Virus record (IMG/VR): IMGVR_UViG_3300028569_000019
Coordinates: 1 to 64,000 of that record
Source: a virus
DNA: 64,000 nucleotides
Reading direction: 5' to 3' (one strand)
The notes under the pieces are model-generated. The model worked only from the letters and a program-made list of their open reading frames with translations, was not told the DNA's origin and made no database searches. Positions 55,201-64,000 of the stretch are shown piece by piece (position 1 is the stretch's first letter; every line of letters begins with the position of its first letter). The position numbers were made by a program, and so were the translations under genes.

Positions 55201-55384
55201 TGATGAAGGATTTGGCTGCGCTGATAGTGATCATTTGGGACAAATGGGTGCTTTATTTAGTTATTTGAAACATCAATTTGATTTTATTTGGGTGATTAGT
55301 CATTTGGATCAAATGCGAGATATGGTAGATGAACAAATCGAAATAAAAAAAGAAAATGGATTTAGTAAGGTAGTATATATTTAA
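52199..55384 (+). CDS. Fused Mre11/SbcD nuclease - Rad50/SbcC ATPase (T4 gp47-gp46-like)
   Basis: ADIH, GDVFH, GNHD, LGDIH; then NASGKSS Walker A, coiled coil with CTYC hook, ASGME signature, IDEGFG, ISH. Confidence 0.92.
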   Translation: MIILKNTDDKINCVMHVADIHIRLTKRHDEYTSVFDRFYNALDKAKSLNAILVIAGDVFHNKSDLSPECVKIGSDFLKSCADRVPVILTAGNHDATLANKSRLDCLTPIVQALNHPNLYYLKDTEVYRYQNILFNNFSVFDDPDKYIRYKDIPSKHRVETDHHIALFHGPVNHAVTDVGYTVSNRAITNQLFDGHHIAMLGDIHKHQILQEYDETEGKPVIVYAGSMIQQNHGEDLKGHGFLMWDLKRKVYKHYELKNDYGFYTIEINKGKLITDISDIPKKVRIRTLCCESIPSQVKEIINEVKNKCDIIETTFNRIDEPTTDLTLKSGQIFDIHNIFDVDYQNKLIEENLLSKNVSTDLIYKVKELNKTINLEIPKDKAPKNIRWKPKIFEFDNMFSYGEGNLIDFTKLKGTIGLFAPNASGKSSIMDALAFCVFDKFSKGYKAVHVLNTQKMSFRCKFNFEVNGVDYFIERDGKADKKGNVKVDVKFYKIENGNEVPLNGEARRSTNDIIRDYVGTYEDFILTVLSIQNSKTGSFIDLGQTERKDLLCQFMGLTVFDQLYTIANDKFKETNTLLKNISKDSLIEDLQNVSGSIDLNNKNISQYNCDIKDLEVKKEDQNNKLLELSNNIIKTANFDFDITKLESEKTQLESKINAFETDINQKKTKFSSIETQLSDLSSSLKSCENIESDYDQYKICKDNESKKSSEIEKLKVVVKNKIDKLKKLEEHKYDPNCTYCVNNVFVKDAIKTKEELELDKNKGKILVEEFNVIKSKLDSFGDIESRYKECQRVDAEKVKLEKTKEVLSTAILRDENFKIRLQNDLNGVIQNIETFYKNKDIIENNSKLLVSVNEVKTIVKNIESEIKSVNNKLFNSSTEKGKLELQYKNTTEQLNKVKELEASYEAYKLYTNIISRDGIPYEIITKTLPEIEKEVNNILQQLVEFTITLQTDGKNIMTNIVYDDKRWPLEMASGMEKFVSGLAIRVSLINISNLPRPNIICIDEGFGCADSDHLGQMGALFSYLKHQFDFIWVISHLDQMRDMVDEQIEIKKENGFSKVVYI

Positions 55385-55385
55385 T

Positions 55386-56348
55386 ATGTCCTTTACCGAT
55401 ACCATTTATTTAGAAAAATTTGGCAAATTAACTATCAATATTTCAGATGATGGAATATTTCAAACTATAAACGACGGCTCTATTAATTGTGAATTCTTAA
55501 TAACACTAAGAAGTTTGGATTCTAATCTGATTTCAAACGTAATGTATCACCACTGCACAGTTGGATATGATCTATGGACATATAATAACCCTATATATTA
55601 CATTCAAAATATTGTAAAAAAAATTCATCCTGGTTTTTCTATAGAAATACACGATGTAATTACAAATGATCTTTTGTTTAGTAAAAATTATCACAGTGCC
55701 AAAAAGTTTAGATGTTTAGATTTGAAATCTAAAGATGGAGATGTTACATATCCATCGTATCATACGTTTTTTTATGATGATCATTTTCTAGATAATTTTA
55801 ACATAAAAGACGGAGATGTTGTTTATGATATGGGAGCTAATATAGGAGCATTCTCAATTGCATGTTCAAACTATAATGTTAAAAAAATATATGCATTTGA
55901 GCCACATCCAGAAATATTTGACCACTTAAGCTATAACTTGGACAGATATGGAAAAAATGCAACATCATTTAATAATGCAATTGCAGGAACGTTTTCAAAA
56001 GTAAAATTTGGTACCAAAGAAACTACCGTTGGATCTAGCATCAGTGACAATGGAACGTTCGAAGTTGATACTATTAATTTAGAAAAGTTTGTATCTTCTA
56101 ATAATTTGGAATTGCCAACCTATCTTAAAATCGACATTGAGGGTGCCGAATATGATTTTTTTGAAAATACCAGTGATGATTTCTTTAAAAACGTTCGTAG
56201 TATATTTTTTGAATTTCACCATAATAACGGCTCAAATGTTTCGAAAATAATTGATAGATTTAAAAATTTAGGATACACGTTGAGTCACAAAGAAAATGCT
56301 TTAGATCATAATCTATCCCATATGAATACCATCTATCTCAATAAGTAA
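55386..56348 (+). CDS. FkbM-family methyltransferase
   Basis: YDMGANIGAFS, AFEP, LKIDIEGAE, EFH. Confidence 0.9.
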   Translation: MSFTDTIYLEKFGKLTINISDDGIFQTINDGSINCEFLITLRSLDSNLISNVMYHHCTVGYDLWTYNNPIYYIQNIVKKIHPGFSIEIHDVITNDLLFSKNYHSAKKFRCLDLKSKDGDVTYPSYHTFFYDDHFLDNFNIKDGDVVYDMGANIGAFSIACSNYNVKKIYAFEPHPEIFDHLSYNLDRYGKNATSFNNAIAGTFSKVKFGTKETTVGSSISDNGTFEVDTINLEKFVSSNNLELPTYLKIDIEGAEYDFFENTSDDFFKNVRSIFFEFHHNNGSNVSKIIDRFKNLGYTLSHKENALDHNLSHMNTIYLNK

Positions 56349-56351
56349 ATT

Positions 56352-58364
56352 ATGAAAAAAATATTGTTTATAGCTCCCCATCTTTCCACAGGCGGATTAC
56401 CTCAGTTTTTATTAAAGAAGATACAATCACTAATAAATGATTATGAAGTATATTGTGTAGAGTATGATGATATCACAGGAGGAGTTTTAGTTGTACAAAG
56501 AAAACAACTTCAAAAAATCTGTGGTAAAAGATTTTATACATTATCATCAAATAAGTTTGAGTTATTCAAACTAATCGATGACATAAAGCCTGACATTATT
56601 CATCTTGAAGAAATGCCTGAGTATTTTATGGATGTTAATTTAGCAACCAAACTCTATAATAAAGACAGAGAATATCTAATTGTAGAGACATCCCACGATA
56701 GTAGTTTTGATCCTAAAAGAAAAAGAGTTTTTCCAGACCAATTTACCTTTGTCAGTAATTATCAAAAACAAAATCTGGAATCTCTTAATGTAAGTACGGA
56801 TGTTATTGAGTATCCAATTGCGGTTAAATGTAGAAAAAATAGAACTGAAGGTCTGAAGTTTTTGGGATTGGATGAAAACAAAAAACACGTATTGCATGTT
56901 GGATTATTTACTCCACGTAAAAATCAAAAAGAATTTATAGAATATGCTCGAGCAATGGAAAAAGAAAATGTTCAATTTCATTGTTTGGGTAATATGGCTG
57001 ATAACTTTAAAACCTATTGGCAACCATTATTAGAAAATTTGCCAAAGAATGTAAAAGTTTGGGGTGAAAGAAAAGATGTAGAAAACTTCTATAGTTGTAT
57101 GGATCTGTTTCTGTTCACCAGTAGAGGACACGCTACCGATAAAGAAACAGCTCCAATCGTAATTAAAGAAGCTATATCTTATAATATACCATCTTTATTA
57201 TATAACTTGCCTGTTTATCTTAATCGATATAAGGTATTTGAGACTATCAAGTATTTGGACGAAACCAATTTTAATCGTAATGTAAAACTTATAAAAAATC
57301 AATTAGGAATGATCTCTGATTTGGAGGTTGTCAATTTGGTTTCAAATAAAACCGCAAGTAAAGATACAGTGGTTGTTATATCAACACATCCAAATTTTAA
57401 AGCTATAGAAGATACAACATTAGAATCAATTAACCAAGCTAAAAAAGCTGGTTATAAAGTTTTATTGACATCACACTATCCAGCTAGTGTAATCTTACAA
57501 CAAGCAGCTGACCACTATGTTTATGACTCAAATAATCCTATTTTAAAACACAACTTTTATAATAGATGGACGTATGATTCAAATAATACCAAGATTAATT
57601 TGTATTTCCCACCATCTGATTGTGACAATTATCACGGACTCGCTGTATTAATAAATTATTATAATGGTATATCTTTAGCAAACAAAATTGGATATAAAAA
57701 TGCAATTTGTTTCAATTATGATATGATTATTTCAGATTCGGATTTTTCAAAGTTATATGACGTTGATGAAATACTCTCAAATAAGAAAGCATTTTTCTTT
57801 TATGATAAGGCGCTTGAGGGAGATACATTTAAAACAGTATTTCACGGAATTAATACTCAATTCTTTTTGGAAAATTTTGAATATTATACACCTGAAACGT
57901 ATATGAATTTTGTTACCACAAAGAATATTTCAAACGGGTTAGAACAATTTTATTATAATAGACTAATTTCTCATAAAAATATTTTACATATAGATTATGC
58001 AAATAATGAAGAAACATATTTGAGTAATAGTAAGAATAATTTATTTTCAATGGTGGAATATCTATCTGTATTGAGAATGAAAAATGTAAATAAGTTTGGT
58101 GTTTTAACTTATATCAATAATAAGATAGATGGTAGAATAAATGAAATCATAATTAAAAAGAACGGAGAGATTATTAACAAATACTCTTACGACGTAGTGG
58201 ACAAAGTTTGCTTTTATTTGGCAAATGATTTTGAAAATGATAACTTTTATGAAATTGAAAACAGTTTGTACGATCAAAATAAAATTTTATTGAAGAGTTA
58301 TAAAAAGTCGTTTAGACGGTTAGAAGACATAGATATTAACGGTTCTATTGAAGTTACACAATGA
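56352..58364 (+). CDS. GT-B (GT4-like) glycosyltransferase with additional C-terminal domain
   Basis: PHLSTGG, VGLFTPRKNQ, DLFLFTS, E.APIVIKEA. Confidence 0.85.
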   Translation: MKKILFIAPHLSTGGLPQFLLKKIQSLINDYEVYCVEYDDITGGVLVVQRKQLQKICGKRFYTLSSNKFELFKLIDDIKPDIIHLEEMPEYFMDVNLATKLYNKDREYLIVETSHDSSFDPKRKRVFPDQFTFVSNYQKQNLESLNVSTDVIEYPIAVKCRKNRTEGLKFLGLDENKKHVLHVGLFTPRKNQKEFIEYARAMEKENVQFHCLGNMADNFKTYWQPLLENLPKNVKVWGERKDVENFYSCMDLFLFTSRGHATDKETAPIVIKEAISYNIPSLLYNLPVYLNRYKVFETIKYLDETNFNRNVKLIKNQLGMISDLEVVNLVSNKTASKDTVVVISTHPNFKAIEDTTLESINQAKKAGYKVLLTSHYPASVILQQAADHYVYDSNNPILKHNFYNRWTYDSNNTKINLYFPPSDCDNYHGLAVLINYYNGISLANKIGYKNAICFNYDMIISDSDFSKLYDVDEILSNKKAFFFYDKALEGDTFKTVFHGINTQFFLENFEYYTPETYMNFVTTKNISNGLEQFYYNRLISHKNILHIDYANNEETYLSNSKNNLFSMVEYLSVLRMKNVNKFGVLTYINNKIDGRINEIIIKKNGEIINKYSYDVVDKVCFYLANDFENDNFYEIENSLYDQNKILLKSYKKSFRRLEDIDINGSIEVTQ

Positions 58365-60505
58365 AAATTATACAAGTTAATCTGGGGTTATTGCCTATTC
58401 CACCTAATGGATGGGGAGCAATTGAAAAAATTATTTGGGATTATTATCAATTATTAAATAATAAGGGATTGGAATGTCAGATAAAATATCTCAATGAAAT
58501 TCAATATGCAGATGACGTAATTGTACACGTTCACGTAGCAAATCTTGCCAACGAGTGTCATAAACGTGGCATACCATATATATTCAGTTTACACGATCAT
58601 CACGCTTACTTGTATGGTAAAAACTCCGTTGTTTATAAAGAGAATCTAGAAGCAATTGAGAACAGTGTAATATCAACTTGTCCGGCCAAATATTTAGTTG
58701 ATTATTTTGGTAGTAAGAAACTGCGTTACTTTTCGCATGCGGTTAATACAACTGTATTCAAATGTAGAAATAATAAAAATCCAGTAAATAAATTGTTATG
58801 TGTTGCAAATAATGGATATGCCAATGACAAGTCCTATGATAGAAAAGGATTTACATATGCAATCAAAGCTGCTAAAGAATTAGGATATCCAATCACAATC
58901 GCTGGTCCGTCGAATAATAAAAAATTCTTTGATACGTTGGATGCTGAATTAAATCAGTATGATAAACTTACTAAATTATTTGATTTAAATGAAGAACAAT
59001 TAATCGATTTATACAATGACCACTCTATATTTTTACATCCATCTGAATTGGAAGCTGGACATCCAAATTTAACTTTGTTAGAAGCAATGAGTTGTGGTTT
59101 ACCTATAGTAGGCACATTTGAAGAAAAATCATATGATGGTATGATTGTTGTCGAACGTAATGTAGAACAAATAAAATCCGCTATACAAAATATAGTCAGT
59201 GACTACGACACATATAAAAATAAAGCACTTCAAACTGCTAATGTAAATTCTTATTTTAATCGTGTAGATCAACTAATCGATTTATACGATCAGTATACTG
59301 AAAGATTATTTGCTATCCGACATATTAATGTTTATGAAAATATAAAAAAGAATAACAAGAGTATTAAAACAAATGCTGTATTTAAGTATTCTTTTAACGA
59401 TAATGCAAAAATAGAAGTTGATAATCCAATTGATACAGAACAAAGTTTTCACGTTACATTCTATAATAGTGACGATAATACTATTAAATACGAAACAGAT
59501 TTAAAACACAATTGGTGGGGAAGTTGTAATTTTACATATTACATTCCTTACGAAGTTCATATCAAGGATAATAAGACAAATGAATTGGTAGAAACTTATA
59601 AATTCAATTTGAAAAATAAGAAGGTATTAGTTGAATATGAAAGTTTTTCTTTGGGAGATCAATTGGCTTGGATGCCTATCATTGAACAATTCAGAAAGAA
59701 ACACGAATGCGATCTTTATGTAAAGTTGCCTTTAAAAAACATTTTTGAAAGCAAATATCCTGAAATTAAGTTTGTTAACCATAACAAATATGTATCAGAT
59801 GCTTTTGCTACTTACAAGTTGGGATTTTATGTTGATGAAAATGGGACAAATAATGATAGATGTAAATCTGATCCTAGAAAACAACCATTGCAAAAAATAG
59901 CAAGCGATTATTTGGGGTTGCCATACGAACCAGAGTTACCTCTAATTGACTTTAAAGTAAAAGAACGTCCACTAAAGAAACGATATGTTACTATTGCAAC
60001 GCAAAGTACGTGTCAAGCAAAGTATTGGAATAATAAAGGTGGGTGGGAAAAAGTAGTGGAATATCTAAAGTCAAAAGACTTTGAAGTAATTTGTATCGAT
60101 AAACATAAAGTATTTGGTAATGGAAAAGATTGTGTCAACAATATGCCATCAAATGCTTTGGATTATACAGGAGATAAACCTCTTGAAGATCGTATGAATC
60201 AAATATACCACAGTGAATTTTTTATTGGACTGCCATCTGGTTTATCTTGGTTAGCTTGGGCAGTTAAAAAGCCAGTGGTATTAATCAGTGGGTTTTCTTA
60301 TCCATACACCGAATTTGAGACCCCATATAGAGTACAAAATCATTCAGTATGTACAGGATGTTGGAATGATTCGTTATTTGACAAGGGAGATTGGAAGTGG
60401 TGTCCAAAATCAGATAAAAGAGAAGAATTTGAATGTACCAAACAAATAACTCCAAAAATGGTTATTGATGTTATTGATCAATTATTAATAGAACAAAATA
60501 TTTAA
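58361..60505 (+). CDS. GT4-like glycosyltransferase fused to a TibC/Aah-like autotransporter heptosyltransferase domain
   Basis: IPPNGWGAIE, EAGHPNLTLLEAMSCG; C-terminal SLGDQLAW, QSTCQAKYW, FIGLPSGLSWLAW, CTGCWN...WCP...FECTKQI. Confidence 0.8.
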   Translation: MKIIQVNLGLLPIPPNGWGAIEKIIWDYYQLLNNKGLECQIKYLNEIQYADDVIVHVHVANLANECHKRGIPYIFSLHDHHAYLYGKNSVVYKENLEAIENSVISTCPAKYLVDYFGSKKLRYFSHAVNTTVFKCRNNKNPVNKLLCVANNGYANDKSYDRKGFTYAIKAAKELGYPITIAGPSNNKKFFDTLDAELNQYDKLTKLFDLNEEQLIDLYNDHSIFLHPSELEAGHPNLTLLEAMSCGLPIVGTFEEKSYDGMIVVERNVEQIKSAIQNIVSDYDTYKNKALQTANVNSYFNRVDQLIDLYDQYTERLFAIRHINVYENIKKNNKSIKTNAVFKYSFNDNAKIEVDNPIDTEQSFHVTFYNSDDNTIKYETDLKHNWWGSCNFTYYIPYEVHIKDNKTNELVETYKFNLKNKKVLVEYESFSLGDQLAWMPIIEQFRKKHECDLYVKLPLKNIFESKYPEIKFVNHNKYVSDAFATYKLGFYVDENGTNNDRCKSDPRKQPLQKIASDYLGLPYEPELPLIDFKVKERPLKKRYVTIATQSTCQAKYWNNKGGWEKVVEYLKSKDFEVICIDKHKVFGNGKDCVNNMPSNALDYTGDKPLEDRMNQIYHSEFFIGLPSGLSWLAWAVKKPVVLISGFSYPYTEFETPYRVQNHSVCTGCWNDSLFDKGDWKWCPKSDKREEFECTKQITPKMVIDVIDQLLIEQNI

Positions 60506-60585
60506 AGATATAATAAATAGTTGGTTCTTGGATTTTTTCAGTTATATTTATAATTTAAATATAACTTTGAAAGGATATTAATATT

Positions 60586-63500
60586 ATGGCAATACAAGAA
60601 GGCGGTAGATTCGCCCCAACACAAAATATAGTAAGCCCAGGTGTATTCACACGTGAAAATGACCTCTCCGGTCTGGCTCAAGGAGTAGCAAACATTGGAG
60701 GAGCAATTATAGCTCCATTCGCTGATGGACCAGCGTTTTTTCCAAATACAATAACCGACGTAGCTGACTTGGAAACAAGATTCGGTGTCGCTGATGGTGT
60801 GTATTATGGACCATACACAGCCAAAGAATATCTACTACAACAAGGCATCGTTACTGTTGTTCGTGTAGGTGGTCTAACTGGTTACTGGCAAAAGAATCCA
60901 TTGATTGTATATGCTCAACCAGGTATCTGGGACAGAGACGCTGATAAAGGTGCTATCACCACAGCTTCATTTATGTATATTGACACTGCAGATTATACAT
61001 CAAATGTAATATATCAACAAACTAGTACTCCTATTAGTATTACCGGTTCAGCTGCAATTAAAGGTTCAGTTGGTAGTGGTATAACAGGATCTGCTACATT
61101 TACAAGAGCAACAACCGCTGAAATTGCTTCTTTCTTAGCTACAGTTGGAAGTGTTGTTGGAATTAATTCACTTTCAGCTTCTTTGTCAATTTCATCCAGC
61201 TTTGGCAAAGTATTTAAAGTGGTTTCTACAAGACATTATGAATTGTTTAGCAGTTCAGTAGTAGCTAGAGGTGGTAAAGTAGCAAAACTAGGTAGTTCCA
61301 CCGACCACTCATTGGCCGCATTTGATTTTGAAAAATCAAATATAAATGGTAGTGTTACAGTTGGCGGCGCATCATCAGCTAAGCTAAAATTAACATTTGA
61401 TACCAGCACCTCCAATAGTTATTTGACATCTTCTTTTAATGCTCCAAATACATTCGGACTAGTGTTTGCTAAAGCCGCAAATCAAAATACATCCTTTGCA
61501 ACCGCAAGTTTAAGTGGAGCAGGATTAAGTTCTTCTATTCAGTTGACACAACGTATTGATATTTCAACAATGACAATCAGTGGGTCATTGAATGTTAAAT
61601 TTGGATCCGCAACTCTAACAAGTGGCGTAACCGCAGATGACGTTGATGGTGTAGGTAAGTTGAGTGGTAGTATCTTGTACGCCAATAAAACAGTTGATAT
61701 CGGTTCAGTTTCTTCTGGATTATTGGTACGTAAATTCAGTACTGCAACTCTTGCCAATGGCAATGCAAAACCAGTCGGTACTAAATTCTTCTTGTTAACT
61801 TCAAGTCTACAAGGTTCAAATATTGATGCCGAAACAGCAATTGCTACCGCTTTTGATGAAAGCACAACAACTGTTGATCTAGTAAGTTCATCTTACTTCA
61901 ATGGTAATATCGCTTACAATCTAACAAACTTCAATGTGGAAGCAGCTACAACACTAACACTTCAAAGTGGTAGTTTCCATTCACTACGTGGTGTTGGAAC
62001 TTGTGTAGCTGGTCTACAAGTAAGAGGTGTAGTAAGTGGTGATTTCGGTAAATATACCGGTGGATTTACAAGTCAAGATAATGCAAGTCCAGATCAATGT
62101 AATCCAGTACTAACAGGTCGCCAAAAGTTGATCTTGTCAGTATTAGCAAATACTCAAAATGCTTCATCACAATTCACCAGTGATTATCAAGTATTTGGTT
62201 TCAATACCTCAACATTAAGCCAACTAACAAGTAGCACATTCCCATATAAGGGTGTAATTAATCCTAATGAAAATGTTTACAACTTGGCATTGAAATATAG
62301 CTATACAAATCCAGCTGGTGGCACTAGTGCCGGTACATATGGTTACTACGACTTCAGTTTGAATGAAAATGATAATAACTATATCAAAGAAGTATTCGGT
62401 GTAGATCCAACCGTTGGTAATCCTAACAAACAAGTTGCTGGTCAAAAAGTTGAAGCTGCTTATAACTACGTTCTATTCGAAGATAGCATCAAGAAGTTCG
62501 TAGCTGAAAAGACAAGTGCTTATGGATGGAGACTACAAGTAGGTACAAGTAATCTATCAGGAAGTTCTATTGTCGGTGAACCTCTAAAGTTCGTTGATCA
62601 ATATAGTACTGATTTGAATAACGGCGATAGTCAATTCAGCATCACAAATGCTTCTACCCCTTGGATCTACAGTCAAAAGATTGCTCCATTCAAAGGTAGT
62701 GCTGATGTAGCCGCTCAACCAACTAAGTTCAAGTTGTTCAAAGTTCACACCTTGAGCGATGGTACACTAAGTAACACTAAGTTTAAGATTGAAATTAGCA
62801 ACGTTAAGTTGGCTGGTACTGTTCCAGGCAGCGACTGGGGTAGTTTCACACTAGCAGTACGTGCTTATAGTGATACTGATAAGAAGCCAAAGTATTTGGA
62901 AATCTACCAAAACTTGAATTTGGATCCAGAGTCTGCAAATTATGTTGCTCGTAGAATTGGTAACAGATATGCATATATCACTTACGCTGGTAAATTGATT
63001 CAATTTGGTGATTTCACCACATTGAGCAAATATATCAGAATTGAAGCCAGTGACGTTTCTTACCCAGTAAGTTGCGTACCATACGGATTCGAATCATATA
63101 GTACACCAATTGATAGTACCGCAAGTAACTATGTACCTGCTATACAATACAGTAAAGCAAGTATCTATGGTCTAGGTCCTGGTAAGTATCCATCTGGTAC
63201 AGTATTTGGAAGTGTTCCAGGCACCGACAGTGAAATTCAAGCTCTATACCCAACATCTTCATTTGGTGTAGGTGTAGACAATAACACCAAACAATACTTC
63301 AAACCACTACCATACTATGGTACATCTGATAGCAATGGTACTAATATCGACTTCGATTTAGAAGATAAGGTATGGGGTACAACAAATAGTAAATTCTATG
63401 CTCAAGGCACATACGTGAGTACTGGATCACTACTATCTCCAACATTGAGTGGTAGTATTCCAAGTGTTTACGATGCTGTAAATGAATCTACATATGTCAA

Positions 63501-64000
63501 ACTACGTAAGTTTGTACTTGGATTCCAAGGTGGATTTGAAGGTCAATGGCCAGCAATTCCAATCAATGTAGGTGGTAATATTACAGCTGGTAATACACAA
63601 GGTCTAGATTGTACAAATATCAATAGCCCAGGTAGTATCGCTTATAAGCAAGCAATTGCTGCAATCGGTAATCCTGATGAATTTGATATCAACTTGATCG
63701 TAACTCCAGGTATCTTCCGTGAACAACACAGTTATGTTACCGAATTGGTAATTGATATGTGTGAAACTCGTCAAGATTGTTTCTACATTATGGATAACGT
63801 AGTGTTCCCAGCAAGCAATCAAACTGTAGGATTGATTGATGCAGCAATTAATACTGTTGCTACAATTGACAGTAACTATGTAGGTACTTATTATCCTTGG
63901 GTTAAGATCCTAGATACTAATACCAACAAGATTATTAGTGTTCCTCCTTCAGTAGTATTGCCAGCAGTTTATGCTGCTAACGATAACTCCGCTGCTGAAT
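60586..64000 (+). CDS. Contractile tail sheath protein (partial, runs off the window end; not in ORF track)
   Basis: MAIQEGGRFAPTQNIVSPGVFTREND...GP...VVRV N-terminus; near the window end FQGGFEG, INLIVTPG, YYPWVKILD...VPPS; AAGGA SD. Confidence 0.93.
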   Translation, partial: MAIQEGGRFAPTQNIVSPGVFTRENDLSGLAQGVANIGGAIIAPFADGPAFFPNTITDVADLETRFGVADGVYYGPYTAKEYLLQQGIVTVVRVGGLTGYWQKNPLIVYAQPGIWDRDADKGAITTASFMYIDTADYTSNVIYQQTSTPISITGSAAIKGSVGSGITGSATFTRATTAEIASFLATVGSVVGINSLSASLSISSSFGKVFKVVSTRHYELFSSSVVARGGKVAKLGSSTDHSLAAFDFEKSNINGSVTVGGASSAKLKLTFDTSTSNSYLTSSFNAPNTFGLVFAKAANQNTSFATASLSGAGLSSSIQLTQRIDISTMTISGSLNVKFGSATLTSGVTADDVDGVGKLSGSILYANKTVDIGSVSSGLLVRKFSTATLANGNAKPVGTKFFLLTSSLQGSNIDAETAIATAFDESTTTVDLVSSSYFNGNIAYNLTNFNVEAATTLTLQSGSFHSLRGVGTCVAGLQVRGVVSGDFGKYTGGFTSQDNASPDQCNPVLTGRQKLILSVLANTQNASSQFTSDYQVFGFNTSTLSQLTSSTFPYKGVINPNENVYNLALKYSYTNPAGGTSAGTYGYYDFSLNENDNNYIKEVFGVDPTVGNPNKQVAGQKVEAAYNYVLFEDSIKKFVAEKTSAYGWRLQVGTSNLSGSSIVGEPLKFVDQYSTDLNNGDSQFSITNASTPWIYSQKIAPFKGSADVAAQPTKFKLFKVHTLSDGTLSNTKFKIEISNVKLAGTVPGSDWGSFTLAVRAYSDTDKKPKYLEIYQNLNLDPESANYVARRIGNRYAYITYAGKLIQFGDFTTLSKYIRIEASDVSYPVSCVPYGFESYSTPIDSTASNYVPAIQYSKASIYGLGPGKYPSGTVFGSVPGTDSEIQALYPTSSFGVGVDNNTKQYFKPLPYYGTSDSNGTNIDFDLEDKVWGTTNSKFYAQGTYVSTGSLLSPTLSGSIPSVYDAVNESTYVKLRKFVLGFQGGFEGQWPAIPINVGGNITAGNTQGLDCTNINSPGSIAYKQAIAAIGNPDEFDINLIVTPGIFREQHSYVTELVIDMCETRQDCFYIMDNVVFPASNQTVGLIDAAINTVATIDSNYVGTYYPWVKILDTNTNKIISVPPSVVLPAVYAANDNSAAE

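Noticed and set aside
1-64000. Stop-codon reassignment (alternative genetic code)
   Set aside because: Long genes are intact in code 11, TAG and TGA both end genes, and no suppressor tRNA (CUA/UCA anticodon) was found in the window.

Overview
This 64-kb, AT-rich window comes from a large T4-like/jumbo tailed phage (contractile tail, standard genetic code, almost all genes on the + strand). The left part (1-21 kb) is an accessory and translation region. It holds two tRNA arrays (~4.3-9.5 kb and ~14.2-16.9 kb; about 26 tRNA or tRNA-like genes), a tmRNA, six free-standing homing-type endonuclease genes, several unexplained structured RNAs, a carbamoyltransferase, a GP88-like protein and small ADP-ribosyltransferase-like proteins. 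The right part (21.7-64 kb) holds PhoH, Ser/Gly-rich tail-fibre proteins, Hsp20, a gp55-like sigma factor, baseplate genes, RuvC-like resolvase, primase, a fused Mre11-Rad50 (gp47-gp46), methyl- and glycosyltransferases including a TibC/Aah-like heptosyltransferase, and a tail sheath gene running off the end. The main observation is that each tRNA array is preceded by an unannotated short leader ORF coupled to mutually exclusive antiterminator/terminator hairpins. The codons of each leader match the tRNAs of its own array (array 1: R,Y,T,H,I,W,N,C,E; array 2: S,Q,P,L,A,G). This is a candidate ribosome-stalling attenuator that senses tRNA shortage and turns on the matching phage tRNA operon. 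Both arrays also share a conserved, covarying leader RNA motif. All protein and RNA assignments come from motifs and base-pairing read by eye; no database searches were run.
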